A DNA stretch of 64,000 bases from contig RDEW01000019.1 of assembly GCA_011109175.1 (NCBI GenBank), forward strand, positions 158,172 to 222,171, read 5' to 3'. Positions 12,957 through 25,438 of this stretch are shown in pieces (position 1 is the first letter of the stretch; every line of letters begins with the position of its first letter). Source of the stretch: Dicyema japonicum. Its lineage: Eukaryota > Animalia > Dicyemida. The notes beneath the pieces are model-generated. The model did not search any database and had not been told where the DNA came from. It worked only from the letters and a program-made list of their open reading frames with translations. A program made the position numbers and the translations under genes.

Positions 12957-13240
12957 TATAGCTCCGCATAGGCAGGACACACACTTTATTTAAGTAAAGA
13001 ACAGTTAATTTTAACTAGTCGTAGAACCAAGGAATGATCTTCACTTCTTTTTTTCTTTTTCTTGTGTGAGTGTCCTTTCTAGACAATCCAGTTCCGCAGT
13101 GAGTATCCACTGATGACGGCGTCACTCGTCCAAACCCTTTTAGCATCGTAGATGCGTGGAACCTTCCACCAGGTGAACAGCAGCGAGAATCGAACCCGTA
13201 ACCTAAGTCACTTTAGCCTGACATCTAACCACTACCCGGC
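12957..13240 (-). mobile_element. tRNA-derived SINE (family B), nested in the hAT element
   Basis: Head GCCGGGTAGTGGTTAG (partial A box), B box GGTTCGATTCTC, body GACGAGTGACG..CATCAGTG..CTCACTGCGGAAC shared with three other copies. Confidence 0.8.
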
Positions 13241-13934
13241 TATTTCCCCTTCTGATCAGAATTATTTTGAAAAGATAGCCAATTTCAGTAAAATTTTCTA
13301 TTTTTTATGCAAGAAATTTATTAGTGGATTCATATATATTTATATGGATCCCGTAGATCAAACCAACTTTTCAAAATCTATAATAAATACATTTAAAAAA
13401 CTCAAAAATAGCTTCGGTCAAGTTACCTTTGCATAAGTTTTCTACACTTTAACATAAAAGTAAAACGATATCCTAATACCCTCAAACAAGTTTTGTAAAA
13501 TTTACTGTTCAACTTATGCAAGGAAAATCATATTCGACTAAGCATTAGTGACCTCATAGAGTCAGTGAATGGAATGAGAAAATCAAATATTTTTACAGTG
13601 GCACCTGTGAAATACTAATAAAAATGATAAACTTGTTAGTTTGAAATGTTTTTTAGACAAAAAAACATAATAAAAAGCTGTTGCTAGAAAATTCGTGAGT
13701 TGATAGAAAATTCACAGGATGTTTTCTAATAACAGTCTCAATCTTTTCAATGACCGTCCTGATTTGAATTCGGCATAACAGTTGCCACGCTATTATTTTA
13801 TTCAAAAACTCTAAAAATTAATAAATAAAAAATAAAAACAATAAAAATTTTGACTTTATTGACCTAAAAAATTAAATTTTGACTATTTTTGACTTTATAA
13901 GTTTTAAATTATATAATATTTTTCGGTTTTACAA

Positions 13935-14100
13935 AAAGACCTGGTCAATATCAAAAGAAATCTAAAAAACGCCGACGACCTGGACAACATGAGAGCCTTG
14001 GCTAGGAACAGGGGCATGGAAAAGTATGACAACTAACCTTGTTTATTTTGCTGCACATGCGGGGCTATAATTAGTATGGCTCTCGTGAAGTGCTTAAATA
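13935..14100 (+). mobile_element. RTE LINE 3' stub nested in the hAT element
   Basis: GACCTGGACAACATGAGAGCCTTGGCTAGGAACAG...TTTTGCTGCACATGCGGGGCTATAA..ATGGCTCTCGTGAA matches 23530-23640. Confidence 0.7.
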
Positions 14101-16299
14101 ATAATATAATATTTTTTGATAAAAATCACATTTTTATAAGTTTTAGGCAATTTTAAAGAACATATAAATTTTTGACTTTATTGACAAAAATCTCCCTACT
14201 GATGATCAATCCCAGATTCATCGTAAATGACAGTAGCGAGATCGACCCTAGACCATCTGGATTTGGTCCGGGACTCATTACATTGCGCCATCCGATCGTT
14301 ATCTTAAGATAAAGTGAAACTCATCTTTAAGGAAGAGGTCGAAAATAAGCAATTCCGTGGCTTCAAAAGTACAGATAATCTCATCCAAAAAACCAGTTTG
14401 TCTTACTTGGAGGTTCTCTCTTCTGTACTACCCTTTGAACCTGTTGGTATCGATTATTTCTAAAGATATCAAACAAAATCCTTGATCATCATTCAACTAT
14501 TCATAATAATCAGAAACCTTCTGAAGCAGTACTACGTCGACATGTGTCTCCAACAGGAGACGAAAGTTCACATTCTTCCCACAAACTGACATTTCCAGAA
14601 TATTCAGTTATCAGAAAGTATCGATCCTCTTGCCTTGAAGTAAAAATCATTACCCTCGTCAAAGGAAAATTTGTTGCAAGATAACGCCTTGCCATTACGA
14701 ACCCCCATCCCCCGTAGAATATCTCGGGATTTCCATAGATACAAATATTACAATGGTAACGTGCGTATCCCCCTGCCAGTTCTTGTCCAATGGATTGTAT
14801 TTCATCAGACCTGACCCTTGCCTCCTTTAATATCGCCACATTTATGCTTTCCGACTTTTGGGATTCTCACAATCCTATCATCCAGGCACGTTCACCTCTG
14901 AAAAGAAATAAAACACTTTCTGTATTACAAAAACGTTAATTGGGACATTTTAACCGAAAAATTCAGATGGCAATGAAACTTCAGATTGCTTTTCAGAATC
15001 AATTGGATGTGGGGAAGTTGAGGACGCCCCATTGGAATGAATCTTTTGCGAGCTTGGAGTATAATTTCATGAGGTTTCTGACGGCGGCGTCGATCGAACA
15101 GAAATATCCGGAAATCTTGAAGGATGTGAATTCGGGCCACGCTGGACGTGAGAAGTTGACAATGACTCTTTCTGGAGTGACTCCAAAATTGTCACCGAAT
15201 CATCGATAATGCTATGATTTATGAGTTGGTTGACGATCCCCGTAGTAGATAAAGAAGGCAATTCGTGAGTACAAAAATAAAGAAGAACTCAAAGTCAACG
15301 AAATGTTTGTGGTGGGTTTGTGTAAAGGTGCTGCCGCCAAGACAGTTATATACTCAATGGAGGTGAAAAAGACAAGATTGTATTTAACAATCTCCACAAT
15401 CTTTCAATTTGGCAGTCAGATATTGGAAAGAGAGGAATGAGATCGTTTCATCGATGATATATTTCCAAACTTATTGGTATTCTTCATATGGGGGGACTAA
15501 GTTGGCTTTGTATTATGTTTTTGATTGGTAGAACTTCAAAGAATAGCGATAAAGAATTGTGCAAGTGGAGAATCAGGATTGGGTTCTCCAGCATATGGGA
15601 TGCTAGTTCAACATGTGGAAAGCTTCTGAGATATCCATAGCTTAGAAAGACTAAATTGCAGGCGATAGGTTGTTATGATTTTTTAAGGATCATCAAAGAA
15701 AAGTGGAAACTAGTATTTTTGCTGAGACTATAAAACGGAAGAATTAACGGATTACCAAGAAGGTTAAACTCACTAATTAGGTGATCCCAGACTTTGTTAT
15801 GGCGGTCAGTATCAACGTGAAATGGAAAGTACTATTATGACCATTCAATTTGGTGTTTATTTATTATTTCGGCACTCAAACCCAGATATTTCAACACATA
15901 TAGATGAGTTGCAGAGAGAGCCATTAACCAGGACGTTCTTAAGATTATGCCTACCATAAGGAATTCAATCAACCACTACGAACCGTGTGATAGAAGAGAA
16001 ATCTTCAATCGAGTACCCAAATAGTATCAAATGGCACCACGTGGTCAATTTAATTAACCTTTAATAAGCTAACAATATAAATTTTAATTATTTGAATTTT
16101 TATTTTATTTATTGTCACTGGTGGTCTATTGAATCCGTGAAGCAGCATTAAAATAGAACACATTTCCCTGCTATCTCCCTTACCATCATAAATTAATTTC
16201 CCATTTAGTATTTTGCTCATAAGAAGCTTCAGTATTCGGCCGGCTTACTGAAAGTAGACATATGCTGCGGTATATTTGATACAATTTTTTTTCAAAGAA

Positions 16300-16990
16300 C
16301 ATAAACCAAAACTTAAAAGAATTAAAAATATCATAACTTTTTGACCCGCCTCATATGTATGGTGTTAATTTCTTTATCTTCATCTAGAATTCTGACCATT
16401 TCTTCTTCGTGTTCGTTACTGTATATTTTTCGTAAAAATTTGGGCGTATAAGGGGTATTTTCTATTAGCGTCTTTGCGTCCCCATCGTTACTTATTAAAA
16501 TTTCATCACCGTCTTAAATTTCGTCGTAGAATGTACTAATACTGCCTCGTTTTCATTTTGGACGTCAAAATCTAGTAGCGCTTCTTCTTTTTTTTTTCAT
16601 ATTTTTTAGAAAGATTCAAATGGTCTTTGTTTTGTTGTATCGTGGACAGCATGGTTATGATCGCTAACAATGTCTTTTATCAAATTGATATAGCATCCAA
16701 AATTGCCTCTCGATGCACTCGCCGATGAGATTCATCATTTTATTGATTAAATCTATTGACATTAAACAAAAAATACCGTTCGACTTGTCCCTGTATCCAT
16801 GGAGCTCGTGGTCGTCCCGAAACGTGGGACATATTGTTGTTCCATATGGGAATTTTTGAATTCCCTTCCATTATCTGTATGGAGAATAATTGGAGATCAA
16901 TTATGCAAAAAATTCCATTCAGGATTCGGCGAATCTCATTTGCAGATTTGCCAACGGCACCTTCTACCACACCAAATTTTTAACTAGAAT
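16300..16990 (-). mobile_element. Retroviral-type (rve) integrase fragment, Ginger/Gin-like or LTR remnant
   Basis: HVSGRPRAPWIQGQVER resembles the integrase GRPRHPQSQGSVER motif; downstream frames are broken. Confidence 0.5.
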
Positions 16991-17989
16991 TGAGAGAATT
17001 AATAATTTTACCTGACAATAAACACGTTTAGAAACCTCAGTTAGCCACTTCACTACGTCTTGCAACGTAAATGGTAAGTGACAGTAAACTATATAATTTA
17101 TCACGTCCAAAGTGATTTAGATTATGTTGAGCCTAATTTAAATCAACAAATATACAATTTCAATGTATTTTAGTTTTAATTCAGCTTCCTCAATACAAAA
17201 GAATCGCAACTCTCGACCATTTTAAGTGATGTAGGCTGCGGATTCCTTGAAACTTAAACTTCAAGCATATTGCTTGATATTTGCCCTTTCTCTCCTGTCA
17301 ATGGATTTATCGAGTTAGTCCCGATTCTTCGTGTTAATTCCACCAGAACCATATTTTATAATTGATATTTTTTAAAAAATACTATATATAAGTTTTATTT
17401 TTTATTATTAATAATTTCTTCCAATGAAATGTTTTCTGAAAAAAAATATTTTTTTCGTATTTTGAGCATTGACTGGCTGGTCTGGACTGTGACAAAATAT
17501 TCAAAAAATTAAGACTTGTCAATTGAATAAGACCGTTCCTGAAACGTCAGATTAAAAGGAAAGGTATAGGATACGATCCCTCTCAAAAAATATCACGTTT
17601 GAGGAGTCTGACGTGTACATGTACATGGGAAATAAAAAATCACTGTTCTACCCTATTGAAGAGATCAAATTGAACATAGAAATGATTGAGGTTTCTACAT
17701 TAACTGACAAACATAAGCTCAGCAGTTTAAATCATTTTGGTCGTGAAAGATATAGTTTGCTAAAAAAACAAAATTTAAGCCATCACGAGAAATGATGTCT
17801 ATAATATCATATCCAAGTCTCTTTTTGCCAGGTTTAACTGCTTTAATAAGTGTAGTCTTTGCGTTTGATGCCCACTAAACTACAATTACACCAATAATAG
17901 CATATGCGCCGCGTGATTGATATCTTGTTGACTTAAGGAGACATTCGGAACTTGAGGAGTACTCTCGGGTCTAATTTCATAACAAATCG

Positions 17990-18188
17990 TAGAGGGAGAA
18001 CCAAGGAATGCTCTTCATTTCTATAGACGATCTGGTTCCGCAGTGAAATGCTTACTGATGACTGCGTCACTCGTCAAGCCAAAGCATTGTAGATGCGTGA
18101 AACCTTCAAAAGGAATATACAGCAGCGAGATTCGAATAATGGGCCATCAGGCCTTTTGCCCGGCACTCGTTACACTGCTCCACCCGGA
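17990..18188 (-). mobile_element. tRNA-derived SINE (family B)
   Basis: CCGGGTGGAGCAGTG A box, TTCGAATCTC B box, family B body. Confidence 0.8.
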
Positions 18189-18249
18189 AGAATTCATCAC
18201 CAAATAGATTTTCGGTCGTCTAAGAGCATCTGAGTACAGAGGAAAGTAG

Positions 18250-19990
18250 AGTGGTTGTATATAACTATTTTTTGGTTTAACCAATCGATAGAGGTGGATA
18301 TCGGTGGCACTCCGCAAATACAACACGGAGCATGTCAAAATTCTCAAAAATAGAGGCCACTCATTCAAACCGCAAAATGATCTAAAACTGTGTCATGGGA
18401 AATACAGTCTACGTAGGCAGCATATAGCACTTCATTTATAAAAATAGTCCTCAGATCCCTCAGTTCCGCTTAGAGATAGACTAACACAGGGTATAGTGAG
18501 TCGCTTTGAGGTGTTCTAATAGTTGTTCTGAATTATCTTGACTCTGTGGTTCCAATACAGCTGTGTGGTTCCATTACCTGACTGTGAGGTTCCAAATAAG
18601 TGTCGGCAACCAGCACACAAACCATCCTAACATAGTCGTAGTCCACGATTGTTTGAAGTTTTCCATTATTTTGTCTCTAAAAATTTTATCAAATACGCGA
18701 CTCATGCCAATGCCAAATATGGTGGTCGCAATTTTGAATCTCTTAGATATGGCACAGAGCCCCCTATGCACTCATTACATCTGCAGTTGATCTTCCTGGC
18801 TTGAATCAACTTTGGGTAGCCGACGGAAGCTTCAATGAGTCCTAACATTGCCAGAGAGAAAATTTTCTTTAGCGTATCCAAGAGAATAATTGAACGGTTA
18901 TTTGGCGGTTTAAGCAACGATTCCCTTTCTCAAACGGCTCTACCGTTGAACTTTCTTTCGAAGTAGTCGCCACTATTTCAGTTTGCCTTACAATTGTTTC
19001 CTAGCTTCGTCTGCATAAAGTTAGTCGATGGAGTAATCTAATAATCGTGTATATTTTTGCCCACATCTCAGGTCCTCGAGTTATAATATACGAGAGATTG
19101 TGAACGTTTCTTCAAAATATTCCAGTTTTTTGGATCTTAACATGTCTCCACTTCTGGCAGGTTTTCTCCGATACCCATGGAATAGTCACCCTCGTAATCT
19201 CTGAGGGAATCAACTTTTCGACTGAACATCTCATGGTTGAATTCATTCTATCTGCAAATAGTCTTTCCGGATAACCTTTTTAGTACTAGTCGGGCGACAT
19301 TGACCTTGTGGTCGCTGAATTTACGTTCCCAACCATAAGAACTGGTGTCCACTGGTCGACGTTTTCCTTCCTGTAGGAAAATAATATGATCGATTTGGTT
19401 GTCAAGATCGACGTATCCCCCATTTTCGTTTCTTCTACCTCCAATCCACGTCGTTTTAAGACGCGTTGCATAATGGAAGATTGTATTGGATATTACGAGT
19501 GAATATACTCCCAAAGTTGTTGGCATGTCATCGGGAGATTTCTTTTCCTCCTCCCTGATTTCCCACTCACAGCTCTTCACCACGGCATTTGCATGTTTTG
19601 GCATTCCAGTCCTCGGTAAGTAATACAAGAAAAGATGGTTTTGTGCTCATGTAGGTCATTGACAACATGTGGTAAGAGTCTAACTTGTCCACTTTATTTC
19701 AGCCTTCCACTTGGTGGAGCGTAGACATTGATGATGCTTATTATTCGATCCAGGTGAGTCACATTGTCGTGCTCTAGCTGTAATATGGACATCCGGTCCT
19801 CACATGCTAGTGCATGTATATTACATTCCAAATCCCAGGTGAATGCCGAACAAGTTCACATATAGTGTGATTCTGATGGAAGGAGGATTCTGTAATCGTT
19901 ATTTATCTCAAAGTCCGCTCTTGATTTTCGTCCCGTGAAAGCATTCATCGTGAGTATTCAGTACTTAATTAAGATTTCTCGTTTGGAAAT
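18250..19990 (-). mobile_element. RTE-clade LINE (APE + RT), degraded
   Basis: APE motifs NQIDHII and SDHKV (ORF 19248-19628). RT motifs FKPGRSTADV and IFGIGMSRVFDKI (about 18650-18830). Confidence 0.7.
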
Positions 19991-20181
19991 ATCATTCAAA
20001 CCACTAACATTGAACGATAGCTCGATGATTAAGAGTTCTTGAAAATGAGCTACGTCATTTTCTAACAACCTCATATGTGAGTAAGACTTCGTGCAATTTA
20101 GTTACGTCAAAAACTCAACCAAAAAACACCAAAAACTATGACCTAAGCACCAGGATATAAATTAAAAAAATCCGTCATATT

Positions 20182-22110
20182 ATGTTTTCCGCCAAGTTAA
20201 TTGCCTTTGATAAATGTGGAGGAGGAATTCGTCCTATTGCTGTTGGGTTTGTTTTTCGTCGACTGGCTTCTAAACTTGCTAGCAGAGCAATCCTTCCGAT
20301 GCTTGTCAAACAACTGCGACCAACCCAAGTAGGGGTCGGTACTCCTGGTGGATGTGAGGCGGCGGTTCATGCCGTTCGGATGTTTACTGGAAACAGAACG
20401 AACATGCCTTGTGTGGTCCTCAAGATTGACATAAAAAACGCCTTCAATACCATACGGCGCGATGTAATTTTGGAAGATTGTCTTACCCATTACCCGTCTA
20501 TATATAATTATGTTCATTGTTCGTATGGAAAACCGTCCAGTCTTGTACATGGGAAATACTTCATTCCCTCGTCGTGTGGAGTTCAGCAAGGAGACCCACT
20601 AGGACCGGCATTGTTCTGCCTCGGTGTCGACCGTGTCATGAGATGCCTTACTACTCCGCTGAACGTGTGGTATTTGGATGATTGCACCCTGGGAGGTCAT
20701 CCTAACAATGTATATGACTGTCTACAGAGATTACTAACCCAATTGGATACGCTTGGTTTAAAGCTAAACGCATCCAAATGCGAAATTGTTAATTATGGAT
20801 TCTCCCGATATGAATGGAATCGAATCCTATTAATGTTTCGGGGATTATTCCTAAAATATCGGAAATCGAGCCGGATTATTTGGAAATACTTGGATGCTTT
20901 CTGGCTGAAACTGGAATTAACGACACTCTGTTGGCTAAAGAACAGCAACTAAGAAAAACTTTTTTACGCCTTGGGATGCTGGATGCACATACCTCTCTTT
21001 TTCTCATAAAAAACGCTTTATTCACGCAGAAATTAAATTACGTCCTTCGAGGAGCTCCATGTTACCTGAAAATGCAACAACTCGGGGCGATTGACTCCCT
21101 ATTCCGGTCTACGACCGAACGTATTACTAATGTCGAATTCGACGAACAAGGATGGGAACAAGCAACCTTGCCCGTTCGCTTTGGTGGACTCGGAATTCTC
21201 TCACCATCTGATTTACACCCGGCATATCAATCCTCATTGGACTCCAATCAGAATTTGATCATGATGATTCTCCAGCTCCCATCAGAGTCGTCAAAGATCG
21301 AAGATTTGGTACACCCTAAAGTCAAACAACTCGGGCAGAGAGACCTTTATGAGTCTGTTTGCGAGGATAAATACGAGAGGCTTTTGAAAATATCTAACCA
21401 ACACCGACGAGCCTGTCTTTTAACTGCAAGATGCGAGTGGAGCGGGGCTTGGATCAATGCCCTACCCATTGGAAACGTGGGAACTCACCTAGACGATGAA
21501 ACGGTCCGCACCGGAGTCTCCATCAGACTTGGATTGAAAGTTTGTCAACCCCATGAGTGCCGATGCGGCCGGAAGGTCGACTGCTATGGACATCATGCCC
21601 TTTCTTGTCGAAAAAGCGCAGGTCGATTCGCTAGACACAAGGCTATAAATGAAGTGGTGAAGCGCGCCCTCGAGTTGGCGGGATACCCATCCATTCTAGA
21701 GCCAACGGGCTTGAGTAGGGATGATGGGAAGCGACCCGATGGAATTACTGTCTTCCCCTTCTCTCGGGGCAAATGCTTAATTTGGGATGCTGCCTGTACT
21801 GACAGCTTTTCCCAGTCGAAACTTTTGAGGTCGGCAATGAAAGCGGGAGAGGCGCCCGTTTATATGAAAACTCAAAAATAAAGAAATACAGCAGCCTCCT
21901 AAACCGTTTCCATGTACAGCCAGTGGTCGTCGAGACGAGCGGAGTCTTTGGCCCCAAGACGGTCTCTTTCCTTAGAGCACTTGGGTGTCTATTGACCAAA
22001 GCCTCGAGGGAGCGTCGGGAAACCGAGTGGCTTTTCCAAAGGATATCCCTGGCAGTAGTCAGAGGTAACAGCCACTCGATCATATCCGCTGGACTTTAGA
22101 ACGATTTTAT
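20182..22110 (+). mobile_element. CRE-clade non-LTR retrotransposon, 5'-truncated, RT + CCHC + RLE, one frameshift
   Basis: IRPIAVG, KIDIKNAFN, GVQQGDPLGP, YLDD. A frameshift near the G-run at about 20840 leads into CRCG...HALSC...RHKAIN...KRPDG...LIWD; an A-rich tail follows. Confidence 0.9.
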
Positions 22111-22329
22111 TGTTATAAATAAATTTAAAGTAATTAAAAAAAAAAAAAAAAATTAAAAAATATTTTTTAAATAAAAAAATAAAATTTTTAATTTACTATT
22201 ATCTGTAAATAATCTATTGTTTTATTAAATTATAATAATTATTCTCCCTTTTTGAAAAAATCGCTACACTACTAAATGAAATGTTTTCAACTAACTCAAC
22301 CTTGCCCTGGGTACGGGATTACTAATACC

Positions 22330-23645
22330 TATACAAAAACCCAATAAACCCGAAAGGACCGGTTGAAAACTTACGACCTATTATATTATCAAATTCTCTA
22401 CGGAAAGTCTTAGCTAACATTGTATTGGAACGAATAAAAGGACCTGCCTATGAATACCTACCCGAAAGTCAAAGTGGGTTCAGAGAAGGAAGATCAACAG
22501 CTGATGCAGTCTGGAGTCACAGATGGAGATGTGCAACACATCAAAGATATTGCAATGCCATCCACATTCTGGGAATAGATCTATCGAAAGCCTTTGACTC
22601 GGTTAACAGAAAAAAATTGATGACAGTGCTGGAAGGGTTTATTGACGAATCGAGTCTAAGAATAATCCTTCTATCTAACACAGAGCTCCTTGTGAGAGTT
22701 GGAAAAACCTACTCAAGAAAATTTGAAACAAACACAGGCACTCCTCAAGAGACTCCCTCTCTCCCCTACTATTCACAATATACTTGGAGGCCTCTATGAG
22801 GGAACTGAGACCATTATATCAAGGAAAAATAGAAGAAGTGATTTATGCTGATGATGTTGACCTAATTTCTGAAGACAAAGAACTCCTGGAGCATGTACTA
22901 GAAAAAGTACCAGATATACTTGAGAAATGGTTTCTCACCATGAACAGGGAAAAAACAGAACGGACAGAGATAAGAAGAATGAACAACTCACTCGAAGAAA
23001 AATGGAGACACATAAAGAAACTTGGCTCACTACTAGGAGATAGCGAAGACATCATACGGAGAAAAACATTGGCAAATGCGGCATTACAAAGGCTTAAAAT
23101 CTTGGCTAAAACGGAAAGGGTACAACATAAAACAAAGGATTATGTTATACGACACTTTCATCAAACCAATTCTACTATACAACTCTGGGACCTGGGCCAC
23201 CTCTAAAGAGGAATTGGAAAGGCTAGACTCATTTCACAGGAATCATCTAAGAAACATAACTGGAATGTCCTGGCCATCCAAGATCTCGCGGAATGGACTG
23301 TACAATAAATGTGACTGTATACCATTAAGTCACGAGATCATTAGCTCTCTTTGGAGACTTTTTGGACACGTCCTGAGGTTGGACCCGATATCCCCTCCGA
23401 ACATCGCAATGGAAGATTACTACTCCTCCAATGTAAAACGCTTCCTTGAAGGACGGAGAACTACCCTCCCGGTCTTTTACAAAACGATCTGAAAGCCGTG
23501 AAGAAAACATTGGCATCTCGTGACGATCTGGACTCACTGAGGGACCTAGCAAAGAACAGAAGAGCTTGGAGCAACCTAACTAATTCTCTTATATTTTTTG
23601 CTGCACATGCGGGGCTATAAATATTATGGCTCTCGTGAAAGTGAT
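22330..23645 (+). mobile_element. RTE-clade LINE, RT to 3' end, frameshifted
   Basis: ESQSGFREGRSTAD, GIDLSKAFDSV, YADD, LLYNSGTW, RLFGHVLRL in successive frames. Confidence 0.9.
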
Positions 23646-23849
23646 AATAATAATAATAAACAATTTATTATTAAACAAGAAAAACAATTTATTACGCGGT
23701 CCTACCCAAGGATTCTTTGTTTGTTCCACTTGCCGTTGAGACGTCTCGTGCGTTTCCAAGAGTGCCGAATGAGTATTTTTGTACAAAATGTTTGAAGATC
23801 AGATTTCAATGTCAAAAATATTACTAACTAACTAAAAATATGATATTTC

Positions 23850-24170
23850 AATGTCAATATATTCGTACAGTAACGAGACTGAGCCATGTGAATACTCTAA
23901 GTACATCATAATGTCTGCACTTACAAATATGAATTCCAGTCCCAACAAATAGCAAAGAAAAGCTGGTTTTATGGTCAGAATGTTGACAATCGTTGAGATA
24001 ATGTGGTAAGTGAGTCTAACTCGCTCACATTATTTCAGCCAACCACTTGGTGGAGTGTAAACATTGATAATGCTTATTATTCTATCCTGGTGTGTCAGTT
24101 TCGTATTTTAGTTGCAATATGGATATCCGGTCTCACATGTAGTCACTGTAAATTGCATTCCAAAACACTT
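23850..24170 (-). mobile_element. RTE AP-endonuclease fragment
   Basis: Nucleotide similarity to 19680-19850 (AGCATTATCAATGTTTACACTCCACCAAGTGG; IISIINVYTP). Confidence 0.6.
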
Positions 24171-24267
24171 GTGAAGAGCGAATAAAAATTTAATTTTTAT
24201 TTTTTAGAATTTTTTATCTACGAACATTCCACGTTCTGATTACCGTTTATGCGGAAACAACTTAATT

Positions 24268-24345
24268 TATTTATTAACCCGGATACACCGAGATTGAAGT
24301 TAAAGCAAACAACTAGTTAAGTGTATCCAGTTTCCACTTGTACAG
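24268..24345 (-). repeat. Repeat family A 3' stub
   Basis: TTAACCCGGATACACCGAGA...AAGTGTATCCAGTTTCCACTT, nearly identical to 2388-2455. Confidence 0.65.
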
Positions 24346-24394
24346 TCGATGGTCGTAGAAACAGACAAAATGTTTTTTATAAGCAAAAAATAAT

Positions 24395-24990
24395 TATGGA
24401 CAATTATTCACCCAGCATTGGATTTTTGATGGAATTTTCAGGTAAACTAAAGAATGTTTCCTAATGGAAATTCTAGGTCGCAAATGGAAACACTTAAAAA
24501 AGCAATAATCGAAAATGTGACACTTGGCTGAACACTTATATCTGACTATTTACGAGGATATTCGACCAACAGTCTTCAGATATAGGCTTAGTACACGGTC
24601 AGTCATTGTTATAGCGTTATTGACTCGAGTACTTCTCTTCATACTCATCATATGGAAAGGTTCTAATCTCATTAAAATTATTGCAGAATCAGGGGTAGTG
24701 CTAAATGGGGAAAGAAAAGGGAAAGAAAGGGGCGAATTAAATATTTTCTTTTTAACTAAAAATACCATATATTTATTTTGTTGCAGGAAAGTAGTAGCCA
24801 CTTTCTAAAGAAAAACCGAGTCAATCCAATAGTGTGTTCAGTTCTCAGGCTGGATATTTATAGCATCCTCAATTATTTATGTGTCCTTTACCAATTCTTG
24901 ACAGCCATAGAATCCCACTAACTCGAATACTTTTCGAACAAACTCATCCTTGTCCTAATTTATCCACGTTTTGAGGGGAATATGATTAAT
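24395..24990 (+). pseudogene. Possible calpain-like gene remnant with short introns and stops
   Basis: GFLMEFSG| then LKKAII..LG*TL, SHCYSVID, RIRGSAKWG, CPNLSTF*. These resemble calpain GFEDFTGG, HAYSV, RIRNPWG and GGCRNYPxTFW motifs. Several in-frame stops. Confidence 0.4.
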
Positions 24991-25438
24991 ATCCGGACAT
25001 TTGTTTATCAAGACTCCAGTCTCCCATATCACCTGCCATCTGGTATATGCACACTAGAAGATCTGGGATTGCAACAGTGACGGAGAAATCAGGCATTCAA
25101 TCCAATTGATTGTCCTCAAATACAGGGAGAAACAACACAGCAGAAAAAATTAGTTGACTGTATCAAGTTCCAGTTGTTGGATGGAGACATTCCCCCCTCA
25201 CCAAAGGGAAGAAAAGTCTCGCAGTTGAACATACCCCAATAACTAAAATTAAACTTATAAAAATAAAAAAAATTGATTTTTTATTAAAAATTGAAAACTT
25301 TACTAACAACACTGATTAAAATGATACTTAAATCGGCAAGCATGATCGATTAGTGAAATTTTAAATGGCTTTCGTCAATAAAGCAGTAAATACAATTCCA
25401 TAACAAAATAACGATATATTATTGAAAATACAAAAGAA

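Larger units (their letters stand above)
12348..14198. mobile_element. Non-autonomous hAT-superfamily DNA transposon (1851 bp) carrying nested insertions
   Basis: TIRs TAGGGCGATTTTT / AAAAATCTCCCTA (12 of 13 match). Perfect 8-bp TSD CTGATGAT at 12340-12347 and 14199-14206. No intact transposase ORF. Confidence 0.85.

Noticed and set aside
13108-13140. Hammerhead ribozyme (CTGATGA...) antisense to SINE family B
   Set aside because: No GAAA follows the putative stem II in any of the copies.
14940-15960. M1 aminopeptidase remnant (NESFAS, KGAA) or integrase zinc finger (GHAGREK)
   Set aside because: Two incompatible weak resemblances, no HEXXH motif and many stops; cannot be supported.
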